From positions 1 through 48,763 of the forward strand of contig CAXXMR010000028.1 in the NCBI GenBank assembly GCA_963663805.2: DNA of 48,763 nt, given 5' to 3'. Positions 32,836-41,686 of the stretch are shown in pieces. The first letter of the stretch is position 1, and each line of letters begins with the position of its first letter. The position numbers were made by a program, and so were the translations under genes. The DNA comes from Sedimentisphaerales bacterium. Its GTDB lineage: Bacteria; Planctomycetota; Phycisphaerae; Sedimentisphaerales; SM23-30. Under the pieces are notes generated by a model, which was given only the letters and a program-made list of their open reading frames with translations, ran no database searches and had not been told where the DNA came from.

Positions 32836-32891
32836 GAGCCAATGTGCCAGGGTGGAATCGGTCCTCCTTCCGATTCCGCCCGGCGCGGCTT
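32836..32891 (+). other. long intergenic hairpin without U-tail
   Basis: GGGTGGAATCGG(32850-61)/CCGATTCCGCCC(32870-81), extended by GTGCC/GGCGC and GAGCC/GGCTT. Confidence 0.6.
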
Positions 32892-32923
32892 GGTGGTACA
32901 AAATAACAGAAAGGATTTAAGCC

Positions 32924-33769
32924 ATGCGAAAAAAAGCTTTTACCCTCGTCGAGTTGCTGGTGGTGGTGGCGATTATCGCCCTGCTGGTCTCGATTCTCCT
33001 GCCCGCTTTAGGACAGGCTCGTACGATGGCCAAGGAAGTGCTTGATGTGTCCAATATGCACCAGTGTGCGGTAGCGGTTCTCACCTATGAAAGTTCCCAT
33101 GGCAGACTGCCCGAACATTATGCCGAAAGAAATGTCGATACCCAAGGCATCCCCAAAGGTTTTTGGATTGAGCAACTGGCCAAAGATGACCCCGCTCGGG
33201 ATCCCAAATATGATGTTCGGCCCCAGTGGGCGGATTATCTAGCGGATTTCAAAGTGCTAAACTGCCCCATGTTACGGCCTTTGGATATTTCGCTGGACAC
33301 GATTCCCCTTTCGTCACGCCGGGTTTATGGCGGCTATGCTATTTATTTTGGTTTCTGGGTTGACCGTGCTAAAGACGGCACCTGGGCTGATGAAGGCACA
33401 CGCTGGACTAGAACCGAAAGACCCTGGAATTATGAAGGCAACCGCATCGAAGTCCTCATGGGAGACCGTATGTGCCGCGTGCCTTCCAGCTATGCTTATC
33501 GTATCAATCATGGTTCGGCTTTGGGAGTTCGGGTTGAGTATAAAGATTATGCTGCTGGCGGCGAATTTGTTTCCAGTGTTTACTGTCAGTATGATTTCTC
33601 GCCCCAGTTCTTTGTAAATGATATTCGCCTGAGGACAACAGCTTGTTACGCTTTTAAGGATGGTTCCGCGAAGATGTATGAGGGCGACGACCCCACTTTG
33701 GTTGATATGGAACTACCCTCGGCCCGTACCGAAACTTACGCTACCCACATGGTTCCCAGTGGTCGATAG
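32924..33769 (+). CDS. prepilin-type N-terminal cleavage/methylation protein (DUF1559-like)
   Basis: KKAFTLVELLVVVAIIALLVSILLPALGQAR...SNMHQ; C-terminal YAFKDGSA resembles the H-X9-DG-type tail. Confidence 0.9.
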   Translation: MRKKAFTLVELLVVVAIIALLVSILLPALGQARTMAKEVLDVSNMHQCAVAVLTYESSHGRLPEHYAERNVDTQGIPKGFWIEQLAKDDPARDPKYDVRPQWADYLADFKVLNCPMLRPLDISLDTIPLSSRRVYGGYAIYFGFWVDRAKDGTWADEGTRWTRTERPWNYEGNRIEVLMGDRMCRVPSSYAYRINHGSALGVRVEYKDYAAGGEFVSSVYCQYDFSPQFFVNDIRLRTTACYAFKDGSAKMYEGDDPTLVDMELPSARTETYATHMVPSGR

Positions 33770-33821
33770 AATTTTGAATGGAGATTTTGCTGGTTAAACT
33801 GAATACCTACGCGGGAGTATT

Positions 33822-35726
33822 ATGATTTCACAACTCAAGCTGGGGGTTATACTGGTTCTCTGTCTGGGTTCTTTGGTGGGGGCGGACTATTCGCGCGAAG
33901 TTGGTCGGGACAAGCCGGTATTATGGCTGCGTTTTGATGATGACTTCTACGAAGACGGTATGACCGCCACCGATGTTACGCGTAATGTCAGGGCCGCGAC
34001 TTATCAGGGGATGGCCATGACGGTTGTTGGGGGGATTGGCGGCAGATGCGGCTGGTTCAATGGTAATCAGGCGGCGGTTGATCTGGCGGACCAATTGGGA
34101 GCTAAGCTCAAGGGCGGCTCAGCGATTACATTTGAAGCGTGGGTACGTAACAGTTTTTTTGAGACTGACCATGAGCCGCAGGTGCTTTTTGCTTCGCGGA
34201 TAAATCGCGGCAGTGCCGGTGTTGATGTTGCTTTGATTTCCGCCACTGATACCAAAGGTTATATTCGCGTGGCTGGCAGAAGTCTTGTAAGTGATGCCTA
34301 CAAGGGGTTCAATACAAATTTTTTCAGTACCGCGTGCTGGCGGCATGTGGTTTGTGTATTGAACTACGCTAATGACAGTATAGACGTTTATCTCGACGGC
34401 AAATTGGCCTCGTCGAATAAGGTTGATTTTGCCAGTGAGGTTTATGATTATCTGGGCGACCAGACTCAGACCGACCGGGTCGGCTGTGCGCCGGATGATA
34501 CTCAGCATTATCGGGGGCATCTGGATGAGGTGGCGGTTTATAATTATCCCTTGAGTGCCGAAAGGATTTACGCTCATTATGCCAGCGTTAATCCGCAGGA
34601 GCCTGCCCCGTTGTGGGAAGGTGTTATTGCCGACGACGGCAAATGGGAAGGGCCTTTTCTGGGTTCGCCGGGAATGTGCCTGCTCAAAAGCGGCACCCTC
34701 GTTGCCTCGCACGATTATTTCGGTGATAATATCCCTGTTATGCCGGATGATACCTGTGCGATTCGTATTTCTTATGACCAGGGCAAAACCTGGTATTTAC
34801 GTTCGCTGGTGCCCAATTGCGTGATGGCAAATCTGTTTGAGCTGGACGGTGTTCTTTATCATTTCGGGATAACAAAAAATACAGGCGATATTCGTATCGC
34901 AAAAAGTACGGACGAGGGGCTTACCTGGACTTTCCCAACTGATGGCGAAAACGGTATGCTTACCTCTTGCGGTAAGGGCGAATACGGCTATCACACCGGC
35001 CCGATGCCGATGGTTTTTGCTAACGGTAGGATTTACCGTGTATTTGAAAAGAAAATCTCCGGTGAGCGTTGGCCCATGGCTTACGCCGCGGTGATGATTT
35101 CCGCCGACCTCAAAGCCGACCTGCTCAAGGCTTCAAGCTGGACCATCAGTAACTCCGTAGCTTTTGATTCTTCCTGGGTGCCTGCCGAATGGAAATGCAC
35201 CTCACCCGGCTGGCTCGAAGGCAATGCGGTTCAGGCCCCCGACGGAACAATCCTGGCGATGATGCGGGTTCATACTAATCCCGTAGTCGATAAAGCCGCT
35301 ATCTTGACCTTGAGCCGTGATAACAGGCATTTGAGCTATGACCCGAAAACCGGCCTTATCGACATGCCCGGCGGGATGCACAAATTTAATATCTATCGCG
35401 ACCCCAAGACCGGTCAATATCTGACTTTGGTAAACAATAATACGGATTTATCCCGTCCCGCCCAGCGTAATATGGTTTCTCTGATAGCGTCGGATGATTT
35501 AAAACACTGGCATCATTTGCGAGCTCTGATTCAGGATGACTCACCTTTAAGCTGGCGGCAGTCTCTGCTGTTCGTAGGCTTCCAGTATGTGGAATGGTGT
35601 TTCGACGGCGATGACATTATTTACATGAGCCGTACCGCCTATGACGGAGCCAACAATTACCATAACTCCAACAAGATGACTTTTCATCGGCTGGAGAATT
35701 ACTTGAAGTATATCGGGTCGAAGTAG
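33822..35726 (+). CDS. secreted LamG (ConA-like) + BNR/sialidase-like beta-propeller protein
   Basis: LamG ITFEAWV...WRHVV...GHLDEVAVYNYPLS; Asp-boxes SYDQGKTW, STDEGLTW and SDDLKHW. Confidence 0.85.
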   Translation: MISQLKLGVILVLCLGSLVGADYSREVGRDKPVLWLRFDDDFYEDGMTATDVTRNVRAATYQGMAMTVVGGIGGRCGWFNGNQAAVDLADQLGAKLKGGSAITFEAWVRNSFFETDHEPQVLFASRINRGSAGVDVALISATDTKGYIRVAGRSLVSDAYKGFNTNFFSTACWRHVVCVLNYANDSIDVYLDGKLASSNKVDFASEVYDYLGDQTQTDRVGCAPDDTQHYRGHLDEVAVYNYPLSAERIYAHYASVNPQEPAPLWEGVIADDGKWEGPFLGSPGMCLLKSGTLVASHDYFGDNIPVMPDDTCAIRISYDQGKTWYLRSLVPNCVMANLFELDGVLYHFGITKNTGDIRIAKSTDEGLTWTFPTDGENGMLTSCGKGEYGYHTGPMPMVFANGRIYRVFEKKISGERWPMAYAAVMISADLKADLLKASSWTISNSVAFDSSWVPAEWKCTSPGWLEGNAVQAPDGTILAMMRVHTNPVVDKAAILTLSRDNRHLSYDPKTGLIDMPGGMHKFNIYRDPKTGQYLTLVNNNTDLSRPAQRNMVSLIASDDLKHWHHLRALIQDDSPLSWRQSLLFVGFQYVEWCFDGDDIIYMSRTAYDGANNYHNSNKMTFHRLENYLKYIGSK

Positions 35727-35762
35727 TACAAAATGGATGAGGGAGTAATTCGGAGTAGCACT

Positions 35763-37766
35763 ATGTTGAGAAAAGTGATTTTAAGTTTAGCAGCGGTTCT
35801 TTCTTTGGTAAGTTTTACCTGGGCAAATTACGCAACCGAGGTAGCTGCCGATAACCCGATTATGTGGCTGCGTTTTGATGATTATCGTTATAATAACGAC
35901 AGGACCGCCACGGACATTACCGGCAATGTGGACCAGGCGACCTATCAGGGCGATACGGTCATTGTTGCCGCCGGAATCGATGGCACCGCCGGTCTGTTCA
36001 ATGGTTATATTTCCGCCGTTGACCTGGCCAGTCAGCTTGGACCTATGCTCAATGGTGTCGATGCCATAACCTTCGAAGCCTGGGTACGCAACAGCTACCT
36101 CCAGTCAGGCACCTCTCAACAGAGAATTTTCGCCACCAGAATTTCCGGCGGGCTGGCCGGCATGGATGTGGGCATTGGTTCTTACACCGACACCACCGGT
36201 TATGTTCGCATAGCGGGCCGCAGCTCGACCGCGGATTCTTATTCTAGTGCCAATGTTAATTTCAATTACGAAGACCAATGGTCCCATCTGGTCTGCATAA
36301 TGAATTATGCCCAGAACCAAATCGAGACTTATATCAATGGTCAACTCGCCGGCTCAACTGCCATGTCGTTTTCCAGTTCGACATACACTTATGCCGGCAG
36401 TCCCACCCAGACCGATCATGTCGGCCTGGCACCTGACGGCAACAATCCCTATCGAGGCCATCTCGACGAGGTCGCCGTTTATGATTACGCCCTCAGTGCC
36501 GCCCGCATCAACGCTCACTATCTAAACGGCAATCCCCAGGAGCCAGACCCCCTTTGGACAAGTCTTGTCGCTGGCGAGGGAGCCTTCGAAGGACCATTCC
36601 TGAGCTCGCCTTCAATCTATCGTTTCGAGGGCGGTATTATATTAGCTTCATATTCTTATTTCGGTGATAACCGGCCCGTATCTGGCACGTCGGTAATAAA
36701 AATATCCTACAACAACGGCGCTTCCTGGGCCTCAAGAAGCCTGCTTCCCGATGTCAGCGGAGCGACCATGTTTGAAAACAATGGTACGCTGTACAGTATC
36801 GGCACCGGCGGCAACGCCATAACTATCGCCAAAAGTACAAACTTTGCTCTGACCTGGACTGCCGCCGTTGACCTTTGCACCGCGGGGACAGATACTAATC
36901 TGTCGTTCGAAGGTATTTCCATGCCTATGCTGTTTGCCAATGGCCGAATCTATCGTGTTTTCCATCGTAAAGATAAAACACAAAACTGGCCGGTCTCGTT
37001 TGCCGTGGTTATGATTTCTGCCGACCAAAACGATAACTTGCTGGACCCGGCCAGTTGGACCGTCAGCAATGCCGTTCCGTTTGACCCAGCCTGGGCATCT
37101 GCCTGGGGTACCAACAATCCCGGCTGGCTCGAAGGCAACGCTGTTCAGGCTCCCGACGGCCAGATTGTGGTCGTGACCCGCGTCCACTCCGACCCCGAAG
37201 TTGACATCGCCGCCATCCTGCCCCTAAGTGCCGATAACACCACGTTGACTTTTGATCCCGCCACCGGATTTATCGACCTGCCCGGCGGACGCAACAAATT
37301 TAATATCCACCGAGACCCCGTAACCGGAAAATATCTGGCCCTGGCCAATAACAACACCGACCCCTCGCGGGCGGCGCAACGAAATGTCCTGTCGTTAATC
37401 GCTTCAGACGACCTGGTCAACTGGACACATATCAGAACGCTCGTCTCGGACGATTCACCCATGACCTGGGGTGATTCACTATTGAACATTGGCTTCCAGT
37501 ACGTCGATTGGCAATTTGTGGGCGATGATATAATCTATCTTAGTCGTACCGCTTATGACGGCGCCCATAATTACCACGACTCAAACAAAATTACGTTCCA
37601 TCGTCTGGAAAACTATCTCAACTTAATCACAGCTTGCGGCGAATGGGGCTATTCAACCATGGATTTCAATCAAGACTGTGTGGTAGACCTTATGGACTTG
37701 GCCGAATTCTCAAAAGATTGGCTGGTTTGCACCTTGCCTCATGTCGACGGATGCGTGATGCGATAA
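35763..37766 (+). CDS. paralogous LamG + BNR/sialidase-like protein with C-terminal dockerin/EF-hand-like tag
   Basis: Colinear with 33822-35726 (PGWLEGNAVQAPDG, GFQYVDW, SRTAYDGA); tail DFNQDCVVDLMDLAEFSKDWLVC. Confidence 0.85.
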   Translation: MLRKVILSLAAVLSLVSFTWANYATEVAADNPIMWLRFDDYRYNNDRTATDITGNVDQATYQGDTVIVAAGIDGTAGLFNGYISAVDLASQLGPMLNGVDAITFEAWVRNSYLQSGTSQQRIFATRISGGLAGMDVGIGSYTDTTGYVRIAGRSSTADSYSSANVNFNYEDQWSHLVCIMNYAQNQIETYINGQLAGSTAMSFSSSTYTYAGSPTQTDHVGLAPDGNNPYRGHLDEVAVYDYALSAARINAHYLNGNPQEPDPLWTSLVAGEGAFEGPFLSSPSIYRFEGGIILASYSYFGDNRPVSGTSVIKISYNNGASWASRSLLPDVSGATMFENNGTLYSIGTGGNAITIAKSTNFALTWTAAVDLCTAGTDTNLSFEGISMPMLFANGRIYRVFHRKDKTQNWPVSFAVVMISADQNDNLLDPASWTVSNAVPFDPAWASAWGTNNPGWLEGNAVQAPDGQIVVVTRVHSDPEVDIAAILPLSADNTTLTFDPATGFIDLPGGRNKFNIHRDPVTGKYLALANNNTDPSRAAQRNVLSLIASDDLVNWTHIRTLVSDDSPMTWGDSLLNIGFQYVDWQFVGDDIIYLSRTAYDGAHNYHDSNKITFHRLENYLNLITACGEWGYSTMDFNQDCVVDLMDLAEFSKDWLVCTLPHVDGCVMR

Positions 37767-37925
37767 TCCCTTTTGTTTTCGGGAACCATAAAAGATTTTA
37801 GCCCAAAATATCCATTATATTTTTGGCGCGGGTAGTCCCCGCACATTTTTCCGAGTACAGAATGAACCAGGACACGTTAGGATGCGTGTTAATACAATTT
37901 CATATCTATTGAAGGAGCTGTAACC

Positions 37926-40565
37926 ATGAAAAGAATTGGCTTGCTGTTAGTAATTTTATTGCCTTTGGGTTCAGCCGTATCAGCCCTGGAAGTCTCCACC
38001 GTACTTGGCTCTGGCGGAGGCACTTTTGACCCTTGGAATACTACCCGCTGGGCCGCTTGGTATTCCAGCGGTAAACTCGTCAAACAGTTTGATATTGACT
38101 GCAACATCACCTTTGACGGTGGATATGATTCATCAAATCCCTGGGAGCCTGACATCTCACAGCATGAAACCGGCTATATGTTCAGCCTTACTAATTCCGG
38201 CCGGGGTGTTACCGTTGACGGCAGCTACACCTTTATAGATGTTAGAGATTCTAAACCTTCTCTGGGCACTCTTTACAATTATTATTCCTGGTATGATGAA
38301 GATGACCTTTTTCCCCTGAACGGCTGCTTTTATGTCGCCCAGTACAACAATTCATCGTACGATGTTACCACCATCGAACATTTGTGGATGAAAGGATTCC
38401 GCAAAGGAATCCATACCGAATGCGGCGACACTTCGACCCGCCATCCACTGGTAATCGACGGCTGCCAGTTTCGCCACTGCCGTTGGGCAATGTTTCTCAA
38501 AAGCAACAATACCACTATCCAGAATTGCGGTATAAAACGAAATGCCAAAGGTGGTGTATATCTGGAAAACAAAAGCTATAACATCACTTTTCTAAATAAT
38601 GAATTTCAGGATAATAACTATGAGCAAAGTTACCTCTATGGCGACATAGCCATGGATAGCTCCTACTTTAATACTATTCAAGGCAATGAACATCAGGCCC
38701 CGGTTATCAGCGGGACTTTTCATTGTGGTATCAGATTATATCGCAACATGGGCGAAAGTGATACACTGCGTGAACATGCTGTTCATCATAATTTGATTTG
38801 CGATAATACTTTTGATGGTTATTCAATCGCTTATGATGTTAGTTCTCGTGAGGCTATGGAGCGTAATTATGACAGTACGGTTCGCGATCTCTCCTATGAG
38901 GGACGCTCCTGTGTGAATCGTAATATTTTTGAGAATAACGAAATCACTAATACTACCATTGGTTTTCGTGTTGCCGGTTCAGGCAATACCATTCAGGGTA
39001 ATACGTTTTCAAGTGTGAGTAAGCCAATTGTGCTGCATTGTGCGTTTTACAGTTTGTATGAAGTGCTGATTAATGATCAGGCCGGCGACGATGTTTATTA
39101 CTGGTTTGAGAATTCAGATTTCAGTTCTTATGTCGATTGGTTTTACTCCAGCAGCAGTAGAGTACTCAATGAAAATATATCAGAGTCTTCCAAACTCATT
39201 CATGCCTACAGCCAGTATGGTACTCCGGATTGGCCCAGTTATTCCGGCTCTGCCGAGGTTCGGCATGATGCGTCGATGATCGCTAATAGCGGCAGCGGAT
39301 TTCCGGATATCAGCGGCGATAAATATATCGACATGTCTGATTATAGTTTGCTGGTGAATTTCTGGAACCAAAGTTGTGATGAAGACGACGAGTTCTGCTA
39401 TGGCGCAGACCTTAATTTTGACGGATATGTTGACGATGATGATTACGATATTCTTGTCAGCTACTGGCTTGAATCATTCAATATGAAAGAATGTTACGGT
39501 ATCGCCGGAGCGCCCATAGATATTGCTGTCGGCAATTTCTGGGTTGATGAAGATCGTGACACCGGCATTGATGATGACGAAATTGCGGTAATCTGGAATG
39601 CTCCCATTTCCCGAATCGACAGTACCGATTATTATTCGATTATTATTTACGATAAGGACGGCATCGAAGTTAACCGTTGTGGCCGCAGTACCGTGCCGTG
39701 GCAATCTATTGTCGCTGGTGACTTTACCAGTCGTACCGGCGAGGAAATAGCCGCTGTGCCTAGCAATGCGGTTGGTGGGTACTATCCTGTTTATATTTTT
39801 GCTCGCGGGCGTATGGAGCCGGACCTTACCCTTTGTTCCACTAACACAGATGCCATACAGGATTTAGCCGCCGGTGATTTCTATAGCAGCGGTGATGGTT
39901 ATGATGAAGTTGCTATTACCTATGAAGGTGGCGGACCTATGCGGATTGATTTTATTAAACCGACCGATACAAATTGGTCGGCGAGTACGACCAGTATCAG
40001 CGTTAGGCCTTTGGCTATTACCGGCGGCAACTTCTCCAACAGTTATAGCGGAGATGAAATTGCCGCAATTCAATCTGTGCCTAACGGCAGTGGTTATTAT
40101 CTGCTTCGTTTTTATGACGTTGGTGCCAGCGGTCATTTCTATCTTGCCGAGAACAGTAACACTACGCCATTTACGGCTATCAGCAGCGTATCGGTTGACG
40201 GTGTTAGTGTAGACATGGCAGTTGCCGCAAAAGACGCTATTAGTTTCGGTTGTTGTGTCATCGGTTATTATACCGCTACTCAAACCACTGCCCATTGGTA
40301 TGCCGAACAAAGTACGATAGGTACCAAAGTGCGTGCTCTTTCCGGCGGCCAGCTGAATGAGATTTATCCGCGTATGGGACGCTACGAAAAAGCGGAGGGT
40401 TTTTATAATTCAGATTTAGGTGATACGATTCTTGGCTGGGGTGGCCAGGTAGCAGTACTGCCTTTGAATGCTCAGGGCGACCACAGTCGTCCGGTATTCT
40501 GGATATCTAATAACCCCTACGACTCGGACGAAAAATATCTCAGAGTGACTCCGGTCACCCCGTAA
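37926..40565 (+). CDS. secreted right-handed beta-helix (pectin-lyase-fold) protein with internal dockerin pair and FG-GAP-like repeats
   Basis: Asn-ladder repeats (NTTIQNC, NITFLNN, NTIQGN); DISGDKYIDMSD and DLNFDGYVDDDD; four AxG[DN]F...[DE]E[IV]A repeats. Confidence 0.8.
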   Translation: MKRIGLLLVILLPLGSAVSALEVSTVLGSGGGTFDPWNTTRWAAWYSSGKLVKQFDIDCNITFDGGYDSSNPWEPDISQHETGYMFSLTNSGRGVTVDGSYTFIDVRDSKPSLGTLYNYYSWYDEDDLFPLNGCFYVAQYNNSSYDVTTIEHLWMKGFRKGIHTECGDTSTRHPLVIDGCQFRHCRWAMFLKSNNTTIQNCGIKRNAKGGVYLENKSYNITFLNNEFQDNNYEQSYLYGDIAMDSSYFNTIQGNEHQAPVISGTFHCGIRLYRNMGESDTLREHAVHHNLICDNTFDGYSIAYDVSSREAMERNYDSTVRDLSYEGRSCVNRNIFENNEITNTTIGFRVAGSGNTIQGNTFSSVSKPIVLHCAFYSLYEVLINDQAGDDVYYWFENSDFSSYVDWFYSSSSRVLNENISESSKLIHAYSQYGTPDWPSYSGSAEVRHDASMIANSGSGFPDISGDKYIDMSDYSLLVNFWNQSCDEDDEFCYGADLNFDGYVDDDDYDILVSYWLESFNMKECYGIAGAPIDIAVGNFWVDEDRDTGIDDDEIAVIWNAPISRIDSTDYYSIIIYDKDGIEVNRCGRSTVPWQSIVAGDFTSRTGEEIAAVPSNAVGGYYPVYIFARGRMEPDLTLCSTNTDAIQDLAAGDFYSSGDGYDEVAITYEGGGPMRIDFIKPTDTNWSASTTSISVRPLAITGGNFSNSYSGDEIAAIQSVPNGSGYYLLRFYDVGASGHFYLAENSNTTPFTAISSVSVDGVSVDMAVAAKDAISFGCCVIGYYTATQTTAHWYAEQSTIGTKVRALSGGQLNEIYPRMGRYEKAEGFYNSDLGDTILGWGGQVAVLPLNAQGDHSRPVFWISNNPYDSDEKYLRVTPVTP

Positions 40566-40683
40566 TCTATAACTAAACTTTTGCGAAACTCCACTTGAAT
40601 TTTTCTCCCCCCTGGGTGAGTAGACGCAAAATCGACCTTGGCATGGTCTTGTACTATGACCGGGCCGATTTTGCCCTGCCGCC

Positions 40684-41427
40684 TTATATTTCTGCGGCCT
40701 TGTTCGCGTAATTACGCACCAGCTTTTCCAGCAGTTCATAACCTGCCAGTCCCCAGTTTGGGTTGGTGGTTGTGATGCCAATTGCCCCCCAGAGTTTTTC
40801 GTCCTTACCCTTGAATATCGGCCCGGCAATGTGTACAGCCCACGAACCTTCCTGCTCCTCCAGCACCAGCAGTCCCTTACGGCGAATCTCCCGACGATGT
40901 TGTTGCCAGAGTTTCAATTCTTTTTCGCCCAGCCCCTCCTGATTTATCAATATCTGACCTGCCCGCTCCTCATCCATATACGCCAGCACCACCAGCCCAA
41001 AAGCGTTACTGGTCAGCTCCGCCCGCGCACCAGCTTTCTCATAAACATATCCCCCGGCTGCACAGCTTCCCGCCCGCAACTCTATGTGATGCCCCGACCA
41101 TTCATAAATAACCGACGACTGTCCCGTAGCTTTTGAAATTTCTGTTACCAGACCCTTATAAGTCTGCTCCGAAGTTGCCAAAGCTGACCGACTCAGCCCC
41201 ACAAAAGACTCGCCCATGTAATAAAGCCCGTTTCGCTCCTTGCGAATCAGTCCATCCTCCAGCATAACCTTTAATAAACGGCTCAGCGACGCTGGCGACA
41301 AACCGGAACTTACCTGCCGCATTTGAGAAAAGCTGCATCCTTCCGAATTATTCGCCATGAGATTCAGTAACGCGAAACCCCGTTTCAGGGCTACTAATGC
41401 TGATTTCCTGGAGCTTTTTACGGTCAT
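40684..41427 (-). CDS. IclR family transcriptional regulator
   Basis: ALKRGFALL, HTH LSPASLSRLL, NAFGLVVLAY, IAGPIF...GAIGI. Confidence 0.88.
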   Translation of the reverse strand: MTVKSSRKSALVALKRGFALLNLMANNSEGCSFSQMRQVSSGLSPASLSRLLKVMLEDGLIRKERNGLYYMGESFVGLSRSALATSEQTYKGLVTEISKATGQSSVIYEWSGHHIELRAGSCAAGGYVYEKAGARAELTSNAFGLVVLAYMDEERAGQILINQEGLGEKELKLWQQHRREIRRKGLLVLEEQEGSWAVHIAGPIFKGKDEKLWGAIGITTTNPNWGLAGYELLEKLVRNYANKAAEI

Positions 41428-41438
41428 TTCACTCTCAG

Positions 41439-41496
41439 TTTCAAAAACAAGTTTCATTTTTGAAAGTAAATTATCCCATAACACCTTCTACGTCAA
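41439..41496 (-). promoter_or_regulatory. iclR promoter and inverted-repeat operator
   Basis: Minus strand TTGACG-N17-TAATTT (41496-41468); inverted repeat TTTCAAAAA(41439-47)/TTTTTGAAA(41457-65) over the predicted start site. Confidence 0.6.
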
Positions 41497-41575
41497 GTGC
41501 CAGCCTCAAAAGAGGTTACAAATTTTTCTTCCCGGTTATGGAAAATAATAAATAATTTGTTCTAACACGCCCTAA

Positions 41576-41593
41576 TTGTGATATAAATCACGA
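41576..41593. promoter_or_regulatory. Rex/CRP-like palindromic site
   Basis: TTGTGA-TATAAA-TCACGA upstream of the MetF fusion. Confidence 0.5.
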
Positions 41594-41686
41594 TAGATAT
41601 ATATTTTTTCTTATATTATGTATGTAGCACCAGGCTGGAATTCTGTGCCGGACAAACAGTGTTTTTCGTAATATCAGGAATAAGAT

